From positions 28,083-92,082 of the forward strand of contig JBDRJK010000001.1 of NCBI GenBank assembly GCA_043814985.1: DNA of 64,000 nucleotides, in the 5' to 3' direction. Below, piece by piece: positions 19,047 through 27,571 of this stretch (its first letter is position 1; each line of letters begins with the position of its first letter). The notes below the pieces were generated by a model. It was not told where the DNA came from. It saw nothing but the letters and a program-made list of their open reading frames with translations, and made no database searches. Position numbers and translations under genes: made by a program. This stretch comes from Candidatus Aenigmatarchaeota archaeon (GTDB lineage: Archaea > Aenigmatarchaeota > Aenigmatarchaeia > Aenigmatarchaeales > Aenigmatarchaeaceae).

Positions 19047-19595
19047 ATGCCTGACAAAACTCCGAAAGCAGAACTCCAAGAAGACAAGGTAATAGTCTGG
19101 AACACGGGAGACGGCAGAAAGATATTTGACAAGGGATGGTTCGGCGAAATCTTTGATGACAGGCTGGAGCTTTCCGTAATAGAGGCCACTTACCTTCTGG
19201 AGAGGAAGAAGATCGAGATCAAGGAGGACAAGAAGAAGGTCACGCTGAAAAGCATCTACAAGCACGCCCAGAAAAGGGACAAGAGGTTCCTGATAAAATA
19301 CAATGCCTACAAGGACTTGAGAGAGAGGGGACTGCCTGTGAGGACAGGCTTCAAGTTCGGCTGCGACTTTCGAGTATACGAGAGAGGCGTATCACCAATC
19401 AAGAGGGGCCCCAAGTCTGCAAGAGAACATACTAAATGGATTGTTTTCTGCGTCTCAGAGGACTACGACTGCTCGTTCCAGGAGCTGTCAAGGGCAGTCA
19501 GGCTCGCGCACAACATAAGATCCAACATGCTCTGGGCTGTCGTGGACAATGAGGGCGACTGCACTTACTACAGCGTCACTTACATATCTCCGTAG
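19047..19595 (+). CDS. endA: tRNA-intron endonuclease (single-unit, alpha4-like)
   Basis: DLRERGLPVRTGFKFGCDFRVYERG...EH...RLAHNIR...VDNEGDCTYY aligns with the M. jannaschii-type EndA. Confidence 0.95.
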   Translation: MPDKTPKAELQEDKVIVWNTGDGRKIFDKGWFGEIFDDRLELSVIEATYLLERKKIEIKEDKKKVTLKSIYKHAQKRDKRFLIKYNAYKDLRERGLPVRTGFKFGCDFRVYERGVSPIKRGPKSAREHTKWIVFCVSEDYDCSFQELSRAVRLAHNIRSNMLWAVVDNEGDCTYYSVTYISP

Positions 19596-19600
19596 GTTTT

Positions 19601-20743
19601 ATGATGATTGTCAAAGATATAATGTCAAAAAACGTGATTTGCCTGTCTCCTGAGGACACTGTATCAGAACTGATTTCCCTGGTGGAAAAAAATCATATAA
19701 GGGAAATCCCGATAGTGGAAAACAAGAAGCTGAAGGGCATTGTCTATTCCAAGGACATTGCAAGGAAGAATGTCACCAATCCCCAAAAGACAAAGATAGC
19801 CAAGGTTGTCAAGTCGCATCCTGCAACTGTCTCTCCCGACCAAGACATAAACGAGGCAGCTGAGCTGATATTGAAGAACGGGCTGATAGGCCTGCCTGTT
19901 GTGGAAAAGGGCAAGGTGGTCGGCATAATCTCCATGCACGACATAATAAACTTCTCCTCAAAGACAAAGCAGTTCAGGCAGACCAAAGCAGAGCAGATAA
20001 TGTCCATGCCAGAGACCATAACCAATGATGTTGACATCGGGAAGGCCAGATTGCTGATGAGGGAGAAGAACATATCAAGGCTCCCTGTTGTTGACAGCAA
20101 AAACAAGCTGTCAGGAGTTGTGACCATATTCGATCTGCTGAAGGCAGTAAAGCCAAGGGATAGAATGGGTTTCTACTCAAAAGCAGCTGAAAAGGAGACA
20201 ATGATGGGCATACCAGTGTCAACAATAATGGACAGGAATCCGGTAACTGCTGAAAGAAGCAATTCTTTGAACGAGATTGTAAGCCTGATAGACAAGAACA
20301 GGACAGACGGCATCATTGTTCTGGAGGGGGGACAACCAATCGGTGTTGTCACTGAAAAGGACCTGCTGGAAGTCTATGTTTCCAGTTTCAAGCAGAAGGG
20401 CATATTCTACCAGATAAGCGGTCTTAAGGACGAGGATGATTTCATACTAGCAACAGTTAACAGGATGATAAGGGACAGCCTGCAAAAACTAACAAAGATG
20501 ACCAAATCCGAATTCTTCTTCCTGCATGTCAAAAGGTACGATAAGAAGGGAAAGGTAAAGTACTCGATAAGGACCAGGCTGATGACTGAGAGGGGAATTT
20601 TCGTGAGCAAGTCGTACGCGTGGGACCTTAGGGAAGCTGTTGACATGTCTCTGGACAGGCTGGAAAAAATAATAATAAGAGGCAAGGAACACAAAAAGGA
20701 CAAAATAGAAGATATGTTAAGGTTTAAGAAGTTGCTAAGATAA
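19601..20743 (+). CDS. Four-CBS-domain protein with C-terminal HPF/RaiA-like domain (candidate archaeal ribosome hibernation factor)
   Basis: Four CBS repeats (VKDIMS, LPVV..GKVVGIIS, LPVV..KLSGVVT, VGVVTEKDLL). The C-terminal FLHVKRY...YSIRTRL...FVSKSYAWDLREAVDMSLDRLEKII resembles the HPF beta-beta-beta-alpha end. Confidence 0.8.
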   Translation: MMIVKDIMSKNVICLSPEDTVSELISLVEKNHIREIPIVENKKLKGIVYSKDIARKNVTNPQKTKIAKVVKSHPATVSPDQDINEAAELILKNGLIGLPVVEKGKVVGIISMHDIINFSSKTKQFRQTKAEQIMSMPETITNDVDIGKARLLMREKNISRLPVVDSKNKLSGVVTIFDLLKAVKPRDRMGFYSKAAEKETMMGIPVSTIMDRNPVTAERSNSLNEIVSLIDKNRTDGIIVLEGGQPIGVVTEKDLLEVYVSSFKQKGIFYQISGLKDEDDFILATVNRMIRDSLQKLTKMTKSEFFFLHVKRYDKKGKVKYSIRTRLMTERGIFVSKSYAWDLREAVDMSLDRLEKIIIRGKEHKKDKIEDMLRFKKLLR

Positions 20744-20763
20744 GATATATTCAAGGTGTTTTT

Positions 20764-20895
20764 ATTCAAGTTATCTGCGATCGTTGCAAAAAGTCAGTCA
20801 AGGAAGTAGGAAGGCTTACCAATGTCAAGTGGAAGGGCGTCAACCAGAAGATATGCAAGTTCTGCAGAAGGAACCTGAAGATAAGGGTCAGATAA
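20764..20895 (+). CDS. 43-aa CxxC-x22-CxxC zinc-finger microprotein with apparent ATT start
   Basis: (M)QVICDRCKKSVKEVGRLTNVKWKGVNQKICKFCRRNLKIRVR. GGTG lies 5 nt before ATT, and there is no in-frame ATG/GTG/TTG after the upstream stop at 20725. Confidence 0.7.
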   Translation: MQVICDRCKKSVKEVGRLTNVKWKGVNQKICKFCRRNLKIRVR

Positions 20896-20925
20896 GTATA
20901 AAAAATTTTCTTTACCTATATCTGT

Positions 20926-21183
20926 ATGAACGCTTGTGCTGTTTCTGAAGAGAAATGGGATCAACTCGGAGAAAAGGTAAAAGAACTTGATCCTTCTTTT
21001 AATCCCTGTAATTTTAATGGTCCATGTTATGTTCTGCGTGTACCTGAAGATAATCTTGAAAAATACAAGAACTTTCTTATAGAGGAAGCAAAAAAGCTGG
21101 GAATTGAAGATTCTATATCTATTAAATCTTCAGATGATTTTATGAGAAAGAGGCATTATCAAATCAAAGTGTCTATGAAATAA
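20926..21183 (+). CDS. Hypothetical protein
   Basis: 85-aa AT-rich ORF filling the gap; converges exactly on the rhomboid gene. Confidence 0.55.
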   Translation: MNACAVSEEKWDQLGEKVKELDPSFNPCNFNGPCYVLRVPEDNLEKYKNFLIEEAKKLGIEDSISIKSSDDFMRKRHYQIKVSMK

Positions 21184-21804
21184 TCACATCCAGTCGTCTT
21201 CCCATTCCTCGAACTCTTCCTCATTGATGTTTATTCTGGATTTTCTCTTTGATATTATTCTTTCCCCGTACTTCTTTTTCAGATAGAAACCAATGATTAA
21301 ACCGAAACCTAAGCCAAACAGATGAGCTGCATTGGCCACATTAGAAGGAGCGAAGAAGCCTATCAAGTCTCCTGCAGCCCAGACGACAACAGCAGCAGCC
21401 ATTGGCATGGGAACATAACTAATATAGACCCTCATCCCAGGCCTTAACACAGCCAATGTTCCCAGAATACCCATTATGGCTCCTGAGGCCCCTAGTGAAG
21501 CCTCGTAGAATGGGATAGTGCCCAAACCTGCTATTATTCCTGCGAGAAAATAAAGGACAAGGAACTTCTTTCCTCCTATTATCCTTTCTAGAATGGAACC
21601 GAACAAAGCAAGAGCAAACATGTTATAGAACAGGTGCTCAATGCTCCCGTGGAGGAAAATGCTGGTTACTAAAATCCAGGGCCTTGAGAATACATCTGAA
21701 GATTCTAAAAGATACTGGTCTGTTATTGCCTCATTACTAATCTGCAGGACAAAAACAGCTACGCATATTATCACAAGTGTTATTGCAAACCAATTAAATC
21801 TCAT
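21184..21804 (-). CDS. Rhomboid-family intramembrane serine protease
   Basis: HLFYNM, GASG (catalytic Ser) and AHLFG (catalytic His). Confidence 0.95.
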   Translation of the reverse strand: MRFNWFAITLVIICVAVFVLQISNEAITDQYLLESSDVFSRPWILVTSIFLHGSIEHLFYNMFALALFGSILERIIGGKKFLVLYFLAGIIAGLGTIPFYEASLGASGAIMGILGTLAVLRPGMRVYISYVPMPMAAAVVVWAAGDLIGFFAPSNVANAAHLFGLGFGLIIGFYLKKKYGERIISKRKSRININEEEFEEWEDDWM

Positions 21805-21805
21805 A

Positions 21806-22591
21806 TTAGGTACCTGTTGAGCTATAATTCTTTATGCCGTATTTCCAAAACGAATAGGCTATGAAAAACATCATCAAGCCTACTAGGGGAGTGAGAAACG
21901 ATATGAAACTTACTGTTGTTTTTTGAAGAAAGTACTGTGATGGATAATAGTTAATGAAACCGAAAGGTATCACAAATGTCAAAAAGAAATTTATTACAGG
22001 ATTGTATATCTCAAGGGGGTAATCTGTAAATTTAGTCAAAGGCCATAATAGCTCTGAAATTGCACTTGATCTGGTCACCCAAAACGAAGTTGTAGATATA
22101 ATCAAATTGAATGAAAAGAATATCAGAACACCTCCTGTTATAGTAAGTATCAAGAATAATATGTTAGGAATTGTCCATGCTATTGAGAGAGCACTTGAAG
22201 AATACCAGAGTATCATTATACCGGCTATCATATCGCCTATACCATCGTCATCTATATTTCCCATTAGAAGGAATAGTAGGGTGTTGACTGGTCTTAATAG
22301 GAACATGTCAAATTTACCATCTCTTATATGCCTTTCCACCCTATGGGCAGATGCCCCTACTAGGAAAACATGCCATATACTGATGGAAAAGTATGATATA
22401 CCTATAAGGAAAAGCATCTGCTCAAAGGTCCAACCGTTTATGGTAGGTATGTTCTGGAATATTATCCAAAAAAATGTTACTGATAAAAGATTAGTCAAAA
22501 ATATTGCTATTATGCCTATGAAAAAGTCTGCCCTATACTCTGCCATTCTCTTAATATTCATCTTCAATAGCTGTTTCCATAGTCTTAGCAT
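21806..22591 (-). CDS. ABC-2 type transporter permease (DUF990 family)
   Basis: EYRADF, G.FDMFLLRPVN, YPLEIY and KNYSSTG motifs. Confidence 0.92.
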   Translation of the reverse strand: MLRLWKQLLKMNIKRMAEYRADFFIGIIAIFLTNLLSVTFFWIIFQNIPTINGWTFEQMLFLIGISYFSISIWHVFLVGASAHRVERHIRDGKFDMFLLRPVNTLLFLLMGNIDDDGIGDMIAGIMILWYSSSALSIAWTIPNILFLILTITGGVLIFFSFNLIISTTSFWVTRSSAISELLWPLTKFTDYPLEIYNPVINFFLTFVIPFGFINYYPSQYFLQKTTVSFISFLTPLVGLMMFFIAYSFWKYGIKNYSSTGT

Positions 22592-23380
22592 CTAACCACC
22601 ATGAACAATTACCTTTCTCTCCGCTTTCTTCCAAACCAGATAGCAAATGGAACCTAACAATGCTATCCAAAACAATTGAACACCGATAGAGTATAAAATA
22701 TCAAAATCGGCTATCTTCCCCAAATATATTGAAATTGGTATGTGGAATAATGTCTGGAATGGCAAGAAACTAGTTATGTTTGAGAGCCACTGGGGAAAAA
22801 AATAAAGAGGTATCAATGCACCTGACAATATCTCTGCTATTATTTGCCTTGAGAGTCTAAGACCCCAGACTCTTCCAGAGGACCAAAAGACCCACATGCC
22901 AGTAAGGAAAGCCAACAAATAATCAACAAAGAAACCCAGCACAACACTCAACGCAAAGGCAAGGGGATTCACTGGCAAAGATATGTTTAGTATAAGGATT
23001 GAGACCAAAAAAATCGGCATTGAATTCGTCAAGGCATTCATCAAAACATTGCTGAACCCCTTTAAGCTCCTGAAGATAGGATAGCTTATTGGCTTTGTCA
23101 TATCAGTACATATTGCTCCTGATATCACATCATCCTGAAATATGTATTCTATGTCTGAAAATGTCAGTGGCCTCAGGCACGATGATATCACAAGGTAAGT
23201 CAACATCACTGGAAGAGTAAAGCCGTTTATAGAATCCACGCCAGAAGCAGCAAAGATGGAATTCCAAACAAACCAAAGCACTATTAAGTTAAGGATGGCG
23301 CCGAAAAGGCTTGCAAAAAAACGAATTCTGTAGGCAAATCTCTCCCTAAGGCCAATAGAAATCACATGCAAATATCTCAT
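22592..23380 (-). CDS. ABC-2 type transporter permease
   Basis: AYRIRF, SG.I..DM.KPI, LSGALIPLYFFP and VHGG C-terminus. Confidence 0.92.
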   Translation of the reverse strand: MRYLHVISIGLRERFAYRIRFFASLFGAILNLIVLWFVWNSIFAASGVDSINGFTLPVMLTYLVISSCLRPLTFSDIEYIFQDDVISGAICTDMTKPISYPIFRSLKGFSNVLMNALTNSMPIFLVSILILNISLPVNPLAFALSVVLGFFVDYLLAFLTGMWVFWSSGRVWGLRLSRQIIAEILSGALIPLYFFPQWLSNITSFLPFQTLFHIPISIYLGKIADFDILYSIGVQLFWIALLGSICYLVWKKAERKVIVHGG

Positions 23381-24357
23381 ATGCCTTCACAATAAATTTT
23401 TCTGATAATGTCCTCTATTTTGGGCTCTTCTATGGAAATGTCATATATAGGCCATTTCGAAAGTATTTTCGTTATTACACCAGAAACAGAAGTTTTCTTA
23501 GTATCTATACCTAGGAACACCTTGTCAGCTTCAGAGTCAAGAAATCTGACGCCCTTCCACTTTAGGTCTTTCTTGCTGACATCTTTCTTAAAGTCTACAA
23601 TCAATACCCTTTCTGTTCCAAACCTCTTTTTTATATCATCAACCAGACCGTCATAAATCTTCTTGCCCTTGTCTATGATCACTATCCTCTCACACAACTC
23701 TTCAATATCTCCCATGTCATGGGTCGTTATTATTATTGTTACCTTTCTTTCCTTGTTTATCTTTGTTAGAAACTCCCTAGTCTTCTGCTTAGCAACAATA
23801 TCCAAACCTATTGTAGGCTCGTCCAAGAAAACAATTTCCGGATCATGGAGCAAGCTTGCTGCGATATCACATCTGACCCTTTCACCTAGGGAAAGCTTTC
23901 TGACAGGCTTTTTCATATATTTGTCTATTTCCAATATTGAAGAGAACATTTCCAGATTTTCTCTGAACCTGTATTCAGGTATCTTATACAGATGTTTCAG
24001 CAAATCAAAGGAATCTTTTACCATCAGATCCCACCAGAGCTGTGTTCTCCATCCAAAAACAACACCAATGTTCTTTGCATTCTCCTTTCTATTCTCATAG
24101 GGTTTCAAACCAAGTACTTTAGAATAGCCTGATGTTGGAGTGAGTATACCTGTGAGTATCTTTATCATTGTTGACTTTCCAGCGCCGTTTGGACCAATGA
24201 CACCAACAAATTCTCCCCTCTCTATCTTGAGATTTACCCTGTTCAGAGCCTTTACTTTCTTATAGTCCCTGCTAAACAAATCCCTGAAAAATGATTTTCT
24301 TTGCAAATCTTTGAATTCCTTGCTAAGATTTTTTGCTTCTATAACAGTTTTTGACAT
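23377..24357 (-). CDS. ABC transporter ATP-binding protein (DrrA-like)
   Basis: Walker A GPNGAGKST, signature LSLGE, Walker B FLDEPTIGLD, and TTHDM. Confidence 0.95.
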   Translation of the reverse strand: MSKTVIEAKNLSKEFKDLQRKSFFRDLFSRDYKKVKALNRVNLKIERGEFVGVIGPNGAGKSTMIKILTGILTPTSGYSKVLGLKPYENRKENAKNIGVVFGWRTQLWWDLMVKDSFDLLKHLYKIPEYRFRENLEMFSSILEIDKYMKKPVRKLSLGERVRCDIAASLLHDPEIVFLDEPTIGLDIVAKQKTREFLTKINKERKVTIIITTHDMGDIEELCERIVIIDKGKKIYDGLVDDIKKRFGTERVLIVDFKKDVSKKDLKWKGVRFLDSEADKVFLGIDTKKTSVSGVITKILSKWPIYDISIEEPKIEDIIRKIYCEGI

Positions 24358-24423
24358 TAACTCACCACAAAAAGTAAATAGAATTTGACTAAATTTAAAT
24401 AAGTTACTATCGAAATTTTAGTT

Positions 24424-24537
24424 ATGGGACTTGTTTGCAACAGATGTAAATCAGAGAATCTGCACTATAGAAAAGGTTCTTCCATAAAATGCGATCAGAT
24501 GATACTTGTTTGTATGGACTGTGGGTTTGAGTTCTAA
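24424..24537 (+). CDS. 37-aa zinc-ribbon microprotein MGLVCNRCKSENLHYRKGSSIKCDQMILVCMDCGFEF
   Basis: Read by hand. CxxC...CxxCG.EF pattern; fills the gap between divergent ABC and convergent glyS genes. Confidence 0.65.
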   Translation: MGLVCNRCKSENLHYRKGSSIKCDQMILVCMDCGFEF

Positions 24538-24540
24538 AAA

Positions 24541-26001
24541 TTATTTGAACTTTTCGGAAATAATCTTCGCTAAGTCATCTATCTTGACCCTTTCCTGCTC
24601 TGCCGTGTCCCTATATCTTAACGTAACCGTCGAGTCTTTTTCTGTATCAAAATCAATTGTGACTGCAAAGGGCGTACCTGCCTCATCAGACCTAGCATAT
24701 CTCCTACCAATGGAACCAGAACCATCATAGAAAACATCAAAATGCTTATCAAGTTCCTTGCAGACAATCTCAGCTTTCTTATCTAAACCATTTTTATTTA
24801 CCAAGGGGAACACTGAAACTGTTATTGGTGCCACATGGGCAGGCAATTTCAAAACAACCTTTTCGTCCTTTATTGAATAGGACAAATCCAACAATGAATA
24901 TAATATCCTGTCAACACCGAAAGAGAGTTCCAATACGTGGGGTATAAATTTCTTGTTGTCAAAGAACACTTCCTGCTTCTGCTTTGACACTTTCTGATGA
25001 CCTAGAAGATCGTGGTCAGACCTGTAATGAACACCACCTACCTCCTTGAAACCACCTAAGCTCTCAGTATCCAATTCCATGTCCCAGTGAATCTTATTGT
25101 AGAAAGCTCTTTCATCTTCTGACAACTCTCTGAACCTGAACTTATCTTTTTCAATTCCTAAAACATCAAAAAAGAACTTTTGTACCTTTGCCATGTAACG
25201 AACATAAAATTTAGGGACTGTCTTTGATAGCTCCTGACAGCTCATCTGAATGCTGGCCTTCTTATCACTCTCTGATACAGGCAAAACTGTTAACTTGTAA
25301 CTTTTAACATCCTCCCAATCCTCGTGCTCATCAATCTTCTCAGGATCGAAAAATATCTGCAACTCAGCCTGCGTGAACTCCCTCATCCTTATAGTTAACT
25401 GCCTGGGGGATATTTCGTTCCTAAATGATTTGCCAACAATAGCCAGACCCAAAGGAATCCTTTTCCTCAGGGCTGTAAATTGGTTAGAAAAATTAACATA
25501 AGCGCCCTGAGCAGTCTCAGGTCTAAGGTAACCTTTTGCATTCTTTTCTGCACCGACCTCCATTGAGAACATCATATTGAGTATTCCAGATTCTCCCAAT
25601 TTTCCCTTACATTTAGGACATTTGATGTTGTTTTCTATTATCAATTTTGTCAGTTTTTCTGGAGTCATGCCCTCGAATGTTCTTCCCAAAAATGACTCTA
25701 GAATATGATCCGCCCTATGCGACGTATTGCACTTGGTGCACTTTGCAACAGGGTCAACAAAACCTTTCAAGTGACCAGAAGCCTCGAAAACCTTTTCAGA
25801 CATTATAAGAGGCGGGTCAATCTCGTAAAAGTTATCCTCGTTCAAGAAATATTTTCTCCATATATTTTCAAGCTTCCTCTTCATCAATGTTCCCATATGA
25901 CCATAGGTATAGAAGCCAGCAAAGCCTCCGTAAATCTCGTCAGACTGGTAGAAGAATGCCTTCTTCTTTGCCAACAACTCAATAGTCTCTATATCAGCCA
26001 T
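24541..26001 (-). CDS. glyS: Glycyl-tRNA synthetase (alpha2, archaeal/eukaryal type)
   Basis: YLRPETAQG, FRNEISPR, REFTQAE and SIGRRYARSDEAG motifs. Confidence 0.97.
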   Translation of the reverse strand: MADIETIELLAKKKAFFYQSDEIYGGFAGFYTYGHMGTLMKRKLENIWRKYFLNEDNFYEIDPPLIMSEKVFEASGHLKGFVDPVAKCTKCNTSHRADHILESFLGRTFEGMTPEKLTKLIIENNIKCPKCKGKLGESGILNMMFSMEVGAEKNAKGYLRPETAQGAYVNFSNQFTALRKRIPLGLAIVGKSFRNEISPRQLTIRMREFTQAELQIFFDPEKIDEHEDWEDVKSYKLTVLPVSESDKKASIQMSCQELSKTVPKFYVRYMAKVQKFFFDVLGIEKDKFRFRELSEDERAFYNKIHWDMELDTESLGGFKEVGGVHYRSDHDLLGHQKVSKQKQEVFFDNKKFIPHVLELSFGVDRILYSLLDLSYSIKDEKVVLKLPAHVAPITVSVFPLVNKNGLDKKAEIVCKELDKHFDVFYDGSGSIGRRYARSDEAGTPFAVTIDFDTEKDSTVTLRYRDTAEQERVKIDDLAKIISEKFK

Positions 26002-26052
26002 ACAAATCATTTGTCACTTTGATTTATATGTATATTTAGAAAAAAGTATTTA

Positions 26053-26652
26053 TTATTCTTCTGCTAAGAGCCTCAATCCAATCATGTCCTTAGAAAGCGG
26101 TGGAGTCATGCAAGCAGCATAGATATCTCCTCCGTTCTCATAGTTTTTTGTTCTAACAACAGCCGCCCTGTCATACTTATCCCTGTTAAGACCAAGCCAT
26201 TGAATGTTCTCCCTAAAGTCTTCAAACAGATTATAAATAACAAAACCTATTCCTGATGACGGATGTGATGGAATAAAGAATTCATACTCTCTGGGCATGT
26301 CAACTTTTCTCACTTCTGGATTTATCATCATAAAACTACCGTCCACGTATTCGGCCTTCCATTCAGGAGGTGAGGAAAGAACAGTTTCCTTGTATTTGTC
26401 ATCCAATCTCTTGAAGGCCATATAGTCTTCTTCAAGGCTTGGTAGTCTTACCTTGATTCCATTGCTTAGCTCTCTTGTCAGCAATTGGGCCTCCGGGAAA
26501 CTAACGCAACTGACATAATTTCCATTGGAATATCTGAGCTTGTCCGGGGCAATACGCCCGGACAAACCCTTCACTTCCAGGAAGCTTTCTGTTTTCAACG
26601 GCTCTATTCTTGACAATAGTTCTTCAAGCCTGCTCTTTCTCCTAAGGAACAT
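26053..26652 (-). CDS. Hypothetical protein
   Basis: 199-aa ORF with no recognisable motif. Confidence 0.65.
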   Translation of the reverse strand: MFLRRKSRLEELLSRIEPLKTESFLEVKGLSGRIAPDKLRYSNGNYVSCVSFPEAQLLTRELSNGIKVRLPSLEEDYMAFKRLDDKYKETVLSSPPEWKAEYVDGSFMMINPEVRKVDMPREYEFFIPSHPSSGIGFVIYNLFEDFRENIQWLGLNRDKYDRAAVVRTKNYENGGDIYAACMTPPLSKDMIGLRLLAEE

Positions 26653-26738
26653 GAGAATAATAGAAATCAGGGGAACATCTATTTTGTTTCCTACTCAGGG
26701 TGGTAAACCAATAAATAAATTACAGCCGAATATCTATT

Positions 26739-27551
26739 ATGAGTCTTTTCACTAACCCTGCTATTCTGGAACAGACCTTCCTGCCTAAGCTGCTGCCGCA
26801 CAGGGAGGAGCAGCACAAGTACATAGCAGAGTGCATAAAGCCGTTGTTCGAGAGGAGAAATGGCACTAATTTAATCATAACAGGCACGCCCGGAATAGGC
26901 AAGACAGCCTGCGTCAAATACGTATTCAGGATGCTCGTTGAAGAGACAGACAATATAATGCCCATCTATGTTAACTGCTGGAAGAGGGACACTAGTCCTA
27001 AGATAATAAACGAGATTGCAAAGAAGATGGACCTGAAGCTGATTGACAGGATGTCCTCAGACGAAATATTCGACAGGCTCATAGAAAAGTTCAGCAAGTA
27101 TGACGGCGTTGTTTTCGCCTTTGACGAGCTGGACAAGGTAAAGGACTTTGATTTTCTTTACAGGATTCTGGAGGATGTCCCATACAAGACCATATTCCTC
27201 ATAACCAACATAAGCGATATAGTTACTAAAATGGACAGGAGATTGTTATCAAGATTATTATTGGAAAGAAATGATTTTAAGCCTTACAAATTCGAAGAGA
27301 CCAAAGAAATTCTATATGAGAGGCAGAAGCACGCCTTCTCTCCTGGCTCTTGGGACTATGACGCATTCGAAATGGTAATAAGGAAGACCTATAACGTAAA
27401 GGACATAAGGACCGGACTGTTCTTGATGAAAAGCACTGGAGAGATTGCCACCAAGAGGAACGCGCCCAAGATAGGGGTGGAGGACGTAAACAAGGCATTG
27501 GAAAAGCTTAAGGACTTCTACAGCAAGACTGAAATAGGAAAGTTCGTATAA
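26739..27551 (+). CDS. cdc6: Orc1/Cdc6-family AAA+ ATPase lacking the C-terminal winged-helix domain
   Basis: LPHREEQ, Walker A GTPGIGKT, YVNC, Walker B FDELD, SRL, F.PY and DIRTGL. It ends at 270 aa, and the next gene starts 20 nt later. Confidence 0.85.
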   Translation: MSLFTNPAILEQTFLPKLLPHREEQHKYIAECIKPLFERRNGTNLIITGTPGIGKTACVKYVFRMLVEETDNIMPIYVNCWKRDTSPKIINEIAKKMDLKLIDRMSSDEIFDRLIEKFSKYDGVVFAFDELDKVKDFDFLYRILEDVPYKTIFLITNISDIVTKMDRRLLSRLLLERNDFKPYKFEETKEILYERQKHAFSPGSWDYDAFEMVIRKTYNVKDIRTGLFLMKSTGEIATKRNAPKIGVEDVNKALEKLKDFYSKTEIGKFV

Positions 27552-27571
27552 TTTTCTTTTTAAAGAGGTAA

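Noticed and set aside
26653-26738. Replication origin (ORB) upstream of the cdc6-like gene
   Set aside because: Only a weak GGAACA/TGTTTCC dyad; no repeated ORB boxes with G-strings and no extended unwinding element.
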